From a virus (lineage: Duplodnaviria; Caudoviricetes), in IMG/VR virus record IMGVR_UViG_3300044957_001172, positions 1 to 60,695 of that record: a DNA stretch of 60,695 nucleotides; one strand, 5' to 3'. Position 1 is the stretch's first letter; each line of letters begins with the position of its first letter. Made by a program: the position numbers and the translations under genes. The notes under the pieces are model-generated. The model was not told the DNA's origin. It searched no databases and saw only the letters and a list, made by a program, of their open reading frames with translations. Below are positions 22,191-31,589 of the stretch, in pieces.

Positions 22191-24509
22191 TGGTCCTATA
22201 GAACCAGTTCTTACTGGGTTTCCGTTGGTATCTACAAGTATGCCACTTTGTCCTGTACCAACTATGTTTCCTTGAAGTTGTGCAAGAAAACATTCATAGT
22301 ATCCTTTCTTCTTAATTTTTATATCTTCTGTATTATAGCCAACACTTGCACATGCAGCTTCAAAATATCCAGGAGAATTTTGATCTGCTTTACAACGTTT
22401 CAAAAGATATTTCACACTTACTTCAGCTGCAATGGTAGAATCATTTAATAATTTAGGATTGTTTATTAAATCATATCCTGTGTCTACTGCATATGTTTGA
22501 TAGTTATCTCTTCCTGTAATTTGTATGTACCCTCTGCCAATATATTTTGTACCGTCACCTGGTTGAGTGTTCCCTAAACCCCTTCCTTTAACAGATTGAA
22601 AACCATAGAGAAATTCAGGTAAATTATTATTAGGATTTCCTGCATATTGCTGAGCAAGAGTTTGATCGCCTTTAAAGACACTGGGAAATACCTGCAGTAG
22701 TCTTGGAGCACTATAATTAAAATTTTCTTCTACAGTTTTCCATTGAGATTCGCCGCCTGCTATTCCTAATAATGTCGCTACAGCGTATGGACTGGTTAAA
22801 CCATATTTTCTACATGCTGTCTTTATTGCTTCTATACCTTTTTGTGCATCTGGGTTATTTAGGTCTTTCGCAAACTTAGGATCGCATGTACCAGGAGAAA
22901 CATCTTGAGGATTAGCAGGTTGTTGAGGATTAGCTGCACCTCCTTCTTTAGTTGCGGGATTAGGTGCAATACCTCCGCTTGTTCTATTTCCTAATGTTAC
23001 ATCTGTAGCCTGTGGCGTACATTGTTCAGGATTGATATTTTCGTGCTGATCCCAAGGTTCATGTGTAGGGACACGTTGCATTATACTTCTGATATTTTCT
23101 GATCTATAAAATTTTCCACCTTCCCATCCTTCACTCTTTTTCCTGTTTGGTAGATTATATATTACTAAAGGAGGTGGGGTATCTGCAGAATTAGCAGGTT
23201 TTGGAGCAGATGCTGCAGGCCCATTAAGATCTATTCTAGATCCTGTCACTTTTACATTTCCGTTAGCACCTAAATTAATTGTTCCACCTGTACCAATACT
23301 GGCATGACTTTCACCGCTGATATCAATACCGCCATAGGCACTGGCAATAAAACTTTTTCCACTTAAAAATTCTATATCATTACCTGTTGTAAATTTGACA
23401 CCGTCTCCTACATAGTAATCATTATCTCGTTTAATAGAAATTTTAGCATTATCTTCTACTATTAGAAAGTAATGTCCTGTAACATTTACTTCACAATTTT
23501 TACTTGTTCTAATATGTAAGTTTCTGCCTGCTTCAAAATTTATGTCTCTATCTGCTCTAAAATTAAAATCTTGTTCAGAATGGATACTTATGGAATCTTG
23601 TGCAAAGATATCTATTTTTCCATTACTGGTCATTTCAATCCATGCAGTTCCTTTACTATTTGCAATATATATTAAATCGGCACTATTATGAAGAAGTATT
23701 TGATGTCCTGTTCGTGTCCTTATTCTCATTAACTCATTCTGACCGTTAACATCACCGTCGTCCATAACAAAAGTGGTACCACCTAATCTACTTACGGCAG
23801 CTTCTTTTGGTGCCATATTTTTATCTTCATATCCAATTGGACCTTTTTTACCAGCTGCTGTTTTATCTAAAGGTCCAGGTGTACTAATGCCAAATACACC
23901 ACTAGGTACTTCTCTTCTTGCACCACTACTAGTGATACCTCTTACGATGTCTTTGAGCAAGCCTTGGTTTAACAATCTATCAGCGAAAGGATGAACTGGT
24001 TTTAATTTACCATCAAGTGTTACACCTTCCCTAATAGATTTTTTATGAACTTCTGCTACTGGCAATTTCTCAACTTGATATCTTCTCCGCTGTTCTTCTG
24101 TAATAGCTACTTCTTTACTTGCAGCGATTCCTGGAATCATATGATTTTGAAAAGTATCTTGAACACATCCAAACCAATAACATTGATTGGGATCTCCGTC
24201 TATAAATATTACCATGACGGTCGTGCCTACATCTGGTGGTATCATCCACATACCGTAACTTTTTTGAACATCGTTAAAACTTTGCAAATTATTGCCTTCA
24301 TATCTAATAGAAGTTGATCCCATAAAAGGACTGCAATAATTAGCTATATATGTTTCTGCTTGAATTCTAATTCTACTTGGTAAATTTTTTATCAGTGCGA
24401 CCTCTAATCTTCCCATATAGATTGGATCAAGATGTCCTGTTATCTCAGCCAAATAAGGACCGGAACTAGGGGGAACCGAACGCTGACGCTTTTCGAAACC
24501 GTCTGTCAT
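22188..24509 (-). CDS. Baseplate hub spike (gp5/VgrG-like) with C-terminal GH19-family lysozyme domain
   Basis: N-terminal OB-fold (DP..MGRL.V...PPDVGTTVMVIFIDGDPNQCYWFG), beta-helix repeats, VPTHEPW motif, and C-terminal ES...ENFNYS...GDG.KYIGRGYIQITGRDNY GH19 motifs. Confidence 0.85.
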   Translation of the reverse strand: MTDGFEKRQRSVPPSSGPYLAEITGHLDPIYMGRLEVALIKNLPSRIRIQAETYIANYCSPFMGSTSIRYEGNNLQSFNDVQKSYGMWMIPPDVGTTVMVIFIDGDPNQCYWFGCVQDTFQNHMIPGIAASKEVAITEEQRRRYQVEKLPVAEVHKKSIREGVTLDGKLKPVHPFADRLLNQGLLKDIVRGITSSGARREVPSGVFGISTPGPLDKTAAGKKGPIGYEDKNMAPKEAAVSRLGGTTFVMDDGDVNGQNELMRIRTRTGHQILLHNSADLIYIANSKGTAWIEMTSNGKIDIFAQDSISIHSEQDFNFRADRDINFEAGRNLHIRTSKNCEVNVTGHYFLIVEDNAKISIKRDNDYYVGDGVKFTTGNDIEFLSGKSFIASAYGGIDISGESHASIGTGGTINLGANGNVKVTGSRIDLNGPAASAPKPANSADTPPPLVIYNLPNRKKSEGWEGGKFYRSENIRSIMQRVPTHEPWDQHENINPEQCTPQATDVTLGNRTSGGIAPNPATKEGGAANPQQPANPQDVSPGTCDPKFAKDLNNPDAQKGIEAIKTACRKYGLTSPYAVATLLGIAGGESQWKTVEENFNYSAPRLLQVFPSVFKGDQTLAQQYAGNPNNNLPEFLYGFQSVKGRGLGNTQPGDGTKYIGRGYIQITGRDNYQTYAVDTGYDLINNPKLLNDSTIAAEVSVKYLLKRCKADQNSPGYFEAACASVGYNTEDIKIKKKGYYECFLAQLQGNIVGTGQSGILVDTNGNPVRTGSIGP

Positions 24510-24511
24510 TA

Positions 24512-27500
24512 TTATCCTTTTCTATATCTATCTAAAATGCTGCCCAAAGGACTTTGATTGCTAGATTGGCTACCGTATATTGTAACAATTGATTTTTTTT
24601 CATATTGGTCATTTACTATTTTAGAATTGGTAATTTTACTCAACTGCACAGCAGCATTTTTTAATCTGTCACCTTTTTGAATCTCATCATACTTATTGAT
24701 ATTTGTTAATTTAGAAATAAATTCAGATTTTTGATAGACAGGAACACTGCGTAAAATATTAGTTTTTCCACTGTCAGCAATAAAATTTTGGCTTATATTT
24801 TCCAATGATCTTTCACCGAATAAAGATAATAAACTATTCTTTCCTCCAGTTCTAACTCTACTTTGTACATAGGGTATAGACACGTCTGGATTAGGTGCGA
24901 TTGAATACGGCTGGCTTGCAGGTAAATTTTTTAATTTATCTGAACTAATATAATCTAAAATTAGTCCTTCATTAACGGCTTGATTTAAATTAATATTTTC
25001 ATATATTTGACTAAATTTATCTACTTCTACAACAGATTTACTCATTACAGATTTATCCTTAAATTTACTTAATCCTGCAAATTTACTCGATCCTGCCAAT
25101 TTCCCCAATCCTGCAAATTTCCCCAATCCTGCAAATTTACTCAATCCTGCCAATTTAGCAGGATTAAATCCTACCAGCGCAGCTATGCCAAGTGGATCAA
25201 CAGATGATCCTAATAGAGCAGCAGATTTTAATGTAGATTGATTTAATATTCCTCCTAATGCATTAGATTTCAAACCTACAGCATTAATTAATTTATTGGA
25301 ATCAAGGCTAGAAACTAGACCACTTATTCTATTTATACTGGAATTCGTTAGGTTAGCGGCTTCAGAAACTAATTTGATGCCTGCACCAGCTCCGATTCCA
25401 GATCCAAAATTTATTGTTCTATTTGCATCGAGTAGTTCCTTAGCAATAATTGTTTTTGACAAATTAACTGCATCAAGTTTGGATACTCCTCCTAATAAAT
25501 CAATAGTGTTTTTAACCTTGGTAGCATTTTCTAACCCTGTTTGCCCAAGAAAAGCTAGTCCTGATGCATTCAATCTAAGATTTACCGGAATATCTCCTGT
25601 AAATGGTACGGTTAATGATCCTGAACCTGACAGAAGTCCTCCATCCCTGCCTTCTCTTCCAAAAGTTTGAGGTAATAGGCTATTAACTCCACCTAGTCCT
25701 CCAGGATTATTAGTAAAATTACTAGGGAATCCCGGAGTACCAGGATTAGGCAACCCTCTTCCAAGTTGATCGAAAACTGAATTATTATTTCCTGCGGCAG
25801 CTGGTGGAGAATAAGGGTTTTCATCTGTGATTTTAGCATCAATCTGATTAGGAAATTCTTGTATAACATCAGCAGGGTCACTAGGCTCTAAATTTACATC
25901 TATAATTTGTCCAGGTACTCTTATAACTTGCAGTCTTTGTAAGAAGTTGCCATCTTTAAAAATATTTTGAACCGTATGTACCATATAGACACCGCTGAAA
26001 GGCACTCTATTGGCATCAAATCTCATCATCCCTCCCTGTTCAAAACTATTGATATCTATAGGGTTTCTAAAATTAATGCTGATTAAAACTTGGCCATTAA
26101 GATGTGCAGCTTCACCTGTTGATGTTTCTCCATAATTTATTTGAGAAGGATTAAAATTTCCAATTCCTCCGGTTACCAAATATAAAGGATCTCCTACTAT
26201 TTCAAGTTCCCCAGTTAACAAACTAACACTATTAATCAATTTTTCATGCATTCCCCTAGCCAAAACACTATATGGATCAGTAATAGGTAATGCGGCATTA
26301 TAGCCACTAGGAGGTTTGACAGATGTTGCAGACGGGTCTATTCTCTTAGGTACGGCTGGAACACTTTGCTCTTGTGTAATATTTACAGGTTGTGTTTTAT
26401 TTTTTATTTCAGGATTTCCACTATATTGAGCTGCATTCTTGGCTCCAGGATATTCTTTGTTTCCTAATGCAGCTGGTATAGCTTCAAAATAAAGATTATT
26501 AAAATTTAATTTAAAATTTTTAACATCAACATTAAGTCCTGTATAGATATAATTATATTCTCTAACGGTTAATTTTTTTAATTTTTTTTCATCAACTTTT
26601 TGAGATTCATACATAGGTACACTGGTATAATGAACCTTAAAAGGAGAGACCACATATTTAAAATTTTGAAAAGGCTTTTTTGTATCAGGATCTATTGAAC
26701 TTTTATTAGTTACTTCTACTCTTATGAGAAAATAATTAACCATTCCAGAATCATCTGGAGTGGTACCTTCACCCATAGCCTTTATCATTTCCCTAATATA
26801 TTCGCTATCTCTTATAACAGTTGCAATAATTTCATGAAGGTTACTTTTTTCAGGAAATTGAACTGCCATAGCTTTAGGATTATACTTTACGGTTTGAGGA
26901 CTTTTTTGTTGTTGATCTGGCGTAGGTTGACTTACACCAGATAAATGATATGCATTTGGCTTAGATGTATCCGCAGGATTTATCATTTGATATAATGTAT
27001 TTTCTTTACCTATTTCAACCAATTTTGCCCTAGCAATTTTACCGTTTGAATCATCTTGCCATGAATTTTCTGAAAGTTTTTTAAATTGAATACTATACGA
27101 ATCATGATCAGTATTTGCAGTTTTACTTTTCTCATCAGACTTAATTTGTTGCTTGGTTACAGCTTCCATTAAATTTTCTAAAATTTCTTTTACATCTTCT
27201 CCTACCATTCGTATTGATTTTTTTAGAATACCGGCATGTCCAAAAGCTTTTTCATTAAACGGTACAGCATTACATACATATCTAGTGCCTCTTTCAGTAA
27301 CTTCAACGTCTAATCCTGTAAATCCAAATACAAAATATCTAGATGCGTTATCTACGATTTTAGGATCTGTGAATTGAATTTGATCATCGTCTGAATATCC
27401 AATAAAATCTAGTTTTAAAATATAACTGGCACTGGCATAATTGGTATATCCAGCGGCTACAGCAGTGATATGAAGAGCTTCAATAAATCCGTTTATACTA

Positions 27501-28108
27501 TAAGGCTCTATCACTTCAAATCTAATCTTTGTAGGTTGGGTAGTTCCGCCGTTTGGTGTAAATGCCATTATAGTTTCAATGTCTAGCCCATCAACAAACA
27601 TGTCGAATTTGCCAGGACTATTTTTATTAAATCCTTCAATCATAGAAACATCACGTTGGCTGTCTCTAATTTTTAACGATTTAGTAGATGCATCTAACTC
27701 ACTACTGCTCTTAGATATTCTGTCTGTATTTGCCTTTAAATTTTCTGCACTTATTGCTGCCAATCCTTTGCCACCTGATTTTAAAATTACAAGTTCGAGT
27801 TCACTTTGCCTATAACTTTCAGGGCTATTAACCTTTTCCTTAGCTAATGCTGCTAAAGTAATATTATAAGTGTAGGATCTATATTTGTTTAAGACATTCT
27901 TCTTGCCTGAAAATTGATAAATTTGTTGTTGATCTGCGGCTTTTTTATTTTGATCTCTGGTTGCAGTGCTTGATGCTTGTGGAGTTATTCTTTCTATATT
28001 AGAAGAATTTCCCCCTGAGTTTTTACGTTCTGTATCCGGAATTTTTTTAGGAAAAGAAAACGGAGTAGGTATAAATGCACTTTCGTATCCGTTATATTCA
28101 TAACTCAT
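24512..28108 (-). CDS. Baseplate hub protein (gp27-like position) with long C-terminal extension
   Basis: 1198 aa upstream of the gp5-like gene; LEIVGDP...FSGVYMVHTVQNIFKDGNFLQRL hub-type motif. Confidence 0.6.
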   Translation of the reverse strand: MSYEYNGYESAFIPTPFSFPKKIPDTERKNSGGNSSNIERITPQASSTATRDQNKKAADQQQIYQFSGKKNVLNKYRSYTYNITLAALAKEKVNSPESYRQSELELVILKSGGKGLAAISAENLKANTDRISKSSSELDASTKSLKIRDSQRDVSMIEGFNKNSPGKFDMFVDGLDIETIMAFTPNGGTTQPTKIRFEVIEPYSINGFIEALHITAVAAGYTNYASASYILKLDFIGYSDDDQIQFTDPKIVDNASRYFVFGFTGLDVEVTERGTRYVCNAVPFNEKAFGHAGILKKSIRMVGEDVKEILENLMEAVTKQQIKSDEKSKTANTDHDSYSIQFKKLSENSWQDDSNGKIARAKLVEIGKENTLYQMINPADTSKPNAYHLSGVSQPTPDQQQKSPQTVKYNPKAMAVQFPEKSNLHEIIATVIRDSEYIREMIKAMGEGTTPDDSGMVNYFLIRVEVTNKSSIDPDTKKPFQNFKYVVSPFKVHYTSVPMYESQKVDEKKLKKLTVREYNYIYTGLNVDVKNFKLNFNNLYFEAIPAALGNKEYPGAKNAAQYSGNPEIKNKTQPVNITQEQSVPAVPKRIDPSATSVKPPSGYNAALPITDPYSVLARGMHEKLINSVSLLTGELEIVGDPLYLVTGGIGNFNPSQINYGETSTGEAAHLNGQVLISINFRNPIDINSFEQGGMMRFDANRVPFSGVYMVHTVQNIFKDGNFLQRLQVIRVPGQIIDVNLEPSDPADVIQEFPNQIDAKITDENPYSPPAAAGNNNSVFDQLGRGLPNPGTPGFPSNFTNNPGGLGGVNSLLPQTFGREGRDGGLLSGSGSLTVPFTGDIPVNLRLNASGLAFLGQTGLENATKVKNTIDLLGGVSKLDAVNLSKTIIAKELLDANRTINFGSGIGAGAGIKLVSEAANLTNSSINRISGLVSSLDSNKLINAVGLKSNALGGILNQSTLKSAALLGSSVDPLGIAALVGFNPAKLAGLSKFAGLGKFAGLGKLAGSSKFAGLSKFKDKSVMSKSVVEVDKFSQIYENINLNQAVNEGLILDYISSDKLKNLPASQPYSIAPNPDVSIPYVQSRVRTGGKNSLLSLFGERSLENISQNFIADSGKTNILRSVPVYQKSEFISKLTNINKYDEIQKGDRLKNAAVQLSKITNSKIVNDQYEKKSIVTIYGSQSSNQSPLGSILDRYRKG
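25061..25150 (-). repeat. Five 18-nt tandem units encoding AG(L/S)(S/G)K(F/L)
   Basis: Plus-strand units of the form (a/c)aattt(a/c)c(t/c)(t/c)(a/g)atcctgc. Confidence 0.85.
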
Positions 28109-28111
28109 AGA

Positions 28112-28411
28112 TTAAATCCCCAATGCTTTTTTGATAACAGATAATTTTGGCAAATAAATTTGTGTACCTGCTATCATATCAAACACAGGATCTCTTATTA
28201 TATCTTTATTTCTAAGAGAGAAAACCCACCATAACCTTTGATCATTGTACAGATCAAAGGCTAAAAGATCAGGCCTATATTCATATGTTTTTGTTAAGGT
28301 AAACAAAATATCATCAGATAAGTTAGGTATATCACGCAAATTTAAAATATCTAAATAATCATTTGTAATTTTAGTTGCATAATATGGGCTAAATGAATTA
28401 TATGAAACCAT
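28112..28411 (-). CDS. Baseplate wedge subunit, T4 gp53-like (LysM-like)
   Basis: YEYRPDLLAFDLYNDQRLWWVF..RN motif. Confidence 0.8.
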   Translation of the reverse strand: MVSYNSFSPYYATKITNDYLDILNLRDIPNLSDDILFTLTKTYEYRPDLLAFDLYNDQRLWWVFSLRNKDIIRDPVFDMIAGTQIYLPKLSVIKKALGI

Positions 28412-29529
28412 TAGATAAATCCTTTACCTTTTAATTCTCCGCGCAAATATTTGTCTACAGAAAATTGCTGCATTTCATCTCTGCTATACATTGGTAAACA
28501 GGTTAAAGCGATTGTAGATACTACAGGAACACTTGTTATCTCATTTCTATCTCCGTTCGTTATATCAACCGGGAAATAATCAATACTATCTGGATATTCA
28601 ACTCTATAGTTTGTAACAACAACCGGCACATTATCTAGCATAGAGGACCCATAACCGCTAAGACGACAAACAGGAGGAGGAGCTCCACTATCTGAATCTC
28701 CTGCTCTGGCTCCACCAAATCTCATTCTAGTTATAGCTCTTAACATTATCATGGTAGCAACATAAATTCTAGCATCCGTTGTATTTTGTACACTGAATTT
28801 ACCTGATATATTGATAGGTCCAAAGCTACTTCTTTGATAAAAGTTAACCGGAAAATTTGAATGCATAGGATTTACATTGCCATAATCTGCTTTGAATTCA
28901 TATTGAATACTAGGTGTATATGGAAAAATTATGCCTTCAAATGTAGACAAAGGTAAAGTCAAATTCTTGAAATACTTAGGTGGAATTCTTAATTTGACTC
29001 TGAGATCTTTCTCTAATTTTTTTCCTTTTCTATCTTTAAATTCAATTCTTGGTAATGGATAGCCTCGAGTCTCTGCTCCAAGCGGAACAGAACTCCCCCG
29101 TTGGGGAAGGAAACTTCTATCTGTTGTAGAATTAGGGTTTATCTCTTCACTAAAATTGGCAAGGCTTACTACACTTGCATTTTCATACTGTTCTAGTGTT
29201 TTTATCTCAGTTCGAGACCTATTTGTTGCAATAAAGGCACTGGCAAAATTTGCATCAGTATTAAAAGCGTCAGTATTCTCTATAGAAACTGGAGAGGAAT
29301 TTAGATAAAATGCTGATTCGCTATTAATTTCATTAGGATTAACGCCATTCTCTATCGCATTTCCAATTGCACTTTCGATAGAAAGTCCTGTAGATACTAT
29401 AGTATTGTTTATCCGATTTTTTACATCCCAAGATCTATCATCCACATTTTTTGTAACAACAAACAGACTATTCTTATTACCATTTGGAACTTTTGGAAAA
29501 TATCCTGAAATAGATTTTAATATAGACAT
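28411..29529 (-). CDS. Baseplate tail-tube cap/initiator, gp48/gp54-like
   Basis: GIIFPYTPSI...HSNF...GAPPPVCRLSGYG..MLDNVPVVV tube-fold motifs; synteny with the gp53-like gene. Confidence 0.65.
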   Translation of the reverse strand: MSILKSISGYFPKVPNGNKNSLFVVTKNVDDRSWDVKNRINNTIVSTGLSIESAIGNAIENGVNPNEINSESAFYLNSSPVSIENTDAFNTDANFASAFIATNRSRTEIKTLEQYENASVVSLANFSEEINPNSTTDRSFLPQRGSSVPLGAETRGYPLPRIEFKDRKGKKLEKDLRVKLRIPPKYFKNLTLPLSTFEGIIFPYTPSIQYEFKADYGNVNPMHSNFPVNFYQRSSFGPINISGKFSVQNTTDARIYVATMIMLRAITRMRFGGARAGDSDSGAPPPVCRLSGYGSSMLDNVPVVVTNYRVEYPDSIDYFPVDITNGDRNEITSVPVVSTIALTCLPMYSRDEMQQFSVDKYLRGELKGKGFI

Positions 29530-29549
29530 TTCATTTATAAATTTTTTAT

Positions 29550-29555
29550 TATTTA
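29550..29555 (-). promoter_or_regulatory. Late promoter core TAAATA for the baseplate operon
   Basis: Minus strand GGTAAATA about 20 nt upstream of the ATG at 29529. Confidence 0.5.
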
Positions 29556-29586
29556 CCTAATAAATAAACTACCACTTTTGTCAGCC

Positions 29587-29615
29587 TTGACTTATTTTAC
29601 ATTAGACGTTATAGT
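29587..29615 (+). promoter_or_regulatory. Sigma70-type (early) promoter
   Basis: TTGACT (29587-92), 17-nt spacer, TATAGT (29610-15); AAGGA RBS downstream. Confidence 0.75.
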
Positions 29616-29639
29616 TCTAATAAAGGAAAATAATAATAA

Positions 29640-30533
29640 ATGACCAATTTAAGAAAAGTAAAATACTTAAATAATAGAGATCTGCTGGAAGAAATTCATA
29701 AAAGCAAATGTAGTTTTTCAAGTTTTTTGAGCAAAGATTTTCAGCAACATGACATAATTATTCTAAACATTTATAAAATTACCTATAAGACTATAGCAGA
29801 AGCTAGAAAAAATAGAGCAAAAAGAATAGGTTTAAAAAATTTTTTAGATATAAAAAAAACCGGTGACAAACAAACTAAACTGGCAGATGTTACTCCTGAT
29901 TACAAAAAAATACCAAAAAACGAATTAGTTTTTAGAGTAATGACTTTTGAACATATCCCTTTAACTCCTGGAAGAAAAAAAACAAATAAATCAATATCAG
30001 ATAATCATGAAAAAGTAAACTTTCCTCCTTTTCAACACTGGAAGTACAATGAAAAAGATGAACTAATTTGTGTAGGTAAGAGTCATTGGAAAGGAGGAAT
30101 CAAAACTGGTAGATTTTCAAAAGATCACGGTAGAATTACAGAAGAATTGGGCCGTATGTTTATTAAGCTTTCAGAACGTTATGCTCAACGTAGCAACTGG
30201 AGAGGATATACCTATATTGATGAAATGAGAGGACAGGCAATACTGCAACTTAGTCAAATTGGTCTACAATTTGACGAATCAAAATCAGAAAATCCATTTG
30301 CTTACTACACAGCCGCGGTTAATAACAGCTTTACTAGAATTCTTAATATAGAAAAGAAAAATCAAAATATTAGAGATGATTTATTGATTGAAAATGGGTT
30401 AAATCCTAGCTCAACAAGACAAAATTCTCAAGGATTTGCAAATGAAATCGCTAGACAAACCACATTATATAAAAATTCTAGAATGCCTAAAAGTGATGAG
30501 CAACATGTAGAAGACGACGAGCCTACCTCTTGA
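29640..30533 (+). CDS. Late-transcription sigma factor, T4 gp55-like
   Basis: YLNNRDLL...LSERYAQRSNWRGYTYIDEMRGQA...FDESKSENPFAYYT...F.RILN.EK; adjacent to gp47/gp46 as in T4. Confidence 0.85.
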   Translation: MTNLRKVKYLNNRDLLEEIHKSKCSFSSFLSKDFQQHDIIILNIYKITYKTIAEARKNRAKRIGLKNFLDIKKTGDKQTKLADVTPDYKKIPKNELVFRVMTFEHIPLTPGRKKTNKSISDNHEKVNFPPFQHWKYNEKDELICVGKSHWKGGIKTGRFSKDHGRITEELGRMFIKLSERYAQRSNWRGYTYIDEMRGQAILQLSQIGLQFDESKSENPFAYYTAAVNNSFTRILNIEKKNQNIRDDLLIENGLNPSSTRQNSQGFANEIARQTTLYKNSRMPKSDEQHVEDDEPTS

Positions 30534-30559
30534 CTTATGCAATAACTATTTGTTATTAT
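30530..30559 (+). promoter_or_regulatory. Sigma70-type (early) promoter with extended -10
   Basis: TTGACT (30530-35), 18-nt spacer, TG-n-TATTAT (30551-59); GAGGA RBS. Confidence 0.65.
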
Positions 30560-30575
30560 AAAATGAGGATTTTTT

Positions 30576-31589
30576 ATGGCATTATTTAAAAAAGTCGCAT
30601 GTTTTACCGATCTGCATGTGGGAGCGAAATCTAATAGTACACTTCATCTACAAGACTGTGAAGACTTTGTAGATTGGTTTATTAATGTAGCTAAATTAGA
30701 AAATTGTGAAACTGCTATATTTTTAGGAGACTGGAGTCATAATAGAAATAGCTTAAATTTATATACTTTAGATACCAGTCTTAGACTATTAGAAAAACTA
30801 GGTTTGGCATTTAAACAATTTTTTTGGTTTCCAGGTAACCACGATTTGTTCTATAAAGACAAACGTGACATTCATAGTTCAGCATTTGGACGTCATATAC
30901 CAGGTGTCACTGTTGTAGACTCTATTACTACTCTAAAAGATGTTACACTTGTTCCTTGGTTGGTAGGAGACGAGTGGAAAGCTATGAAAACTGTAAAAAG
31001 CAAATATGTATTCGGACATTTTGAACTTCCTAAGTTTATGATGAATGCGATGATACAAATGCCTGACCACGGTGAACTACGTGCTGAAGATTTTCAAGGT
31101 CCGGACTATGTATTTAGTGGGCATTTTCACAAACGTCAACAGAATGGTTGTGTCATCTATATAGGTAATGCTTTTCCACACAATTATTCAGATGCCTGGG
31201 ATGATGAACGAGGTATGATGACATTACAATGGGGAGGTGAACCTAAATTTCATAATTGGGAGAATGCTCCTAAATTTAGAACAATTAAACTAAGTGAACT
31301 AATTGATCGAAAAGAAGATCTAATGAAATCAAAAATGTATCTTAGAGTAAATCTAGATATAGACATAAGCTTTGAGGAGGCTAACTTTATCAAAGAAGAA
31401 TTTATTAAAAAATATGACATAAGAGAAATCAGTCTCGTGCAAGATAAAAATAACCTAGAAAGCAATTTTGAAGATAGCCCAGATACTAAATTTGAAAGCA
31501 TTGATCAAATCATATCAGAACAACTGACAAATTTAGACGGCGGTAACTTTGACAAAAAACTATTGATGAATATTTATAATGACCTATAA
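30576..31589 (+). CDS. Recombination endonuclease subunit, gp47/SbcD/Mre11-like
   Basis: Metallophosphoesterase motifs DLH, GD, GNHD, GHFE, SGHFH. Confidence 0.92.
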   Translation: MALFKKVACFTDLHVGAKSNSTLHLQDCEDFVDWFINVAKLENCETAIFLGDWSHNRNSLNLYTLDTSLRLLEKLGLAFKQFFWFPGNHDLFYKDKRDIHSSAFGRHIPGVTVVDSITTLKDVTLVPWLVGDEWKAMKTVKSKYVFGHFELPKFMMNAMIQMPDHGELRAEDFQGPDYVFSGHFHKRQQNGCVIYIGNAFPHNYSDAWDDERGMMTLQWGGEPKFHNWENAPKFRTIKLSELIDRKEDLMKSKMYLRVNLDIDISFEEANFIKEEFIKKYDIREISLVQDKNNLESNFEDSPDTKFESIDQIISEQLTNLDGGNFDKKLLMNIYNDL

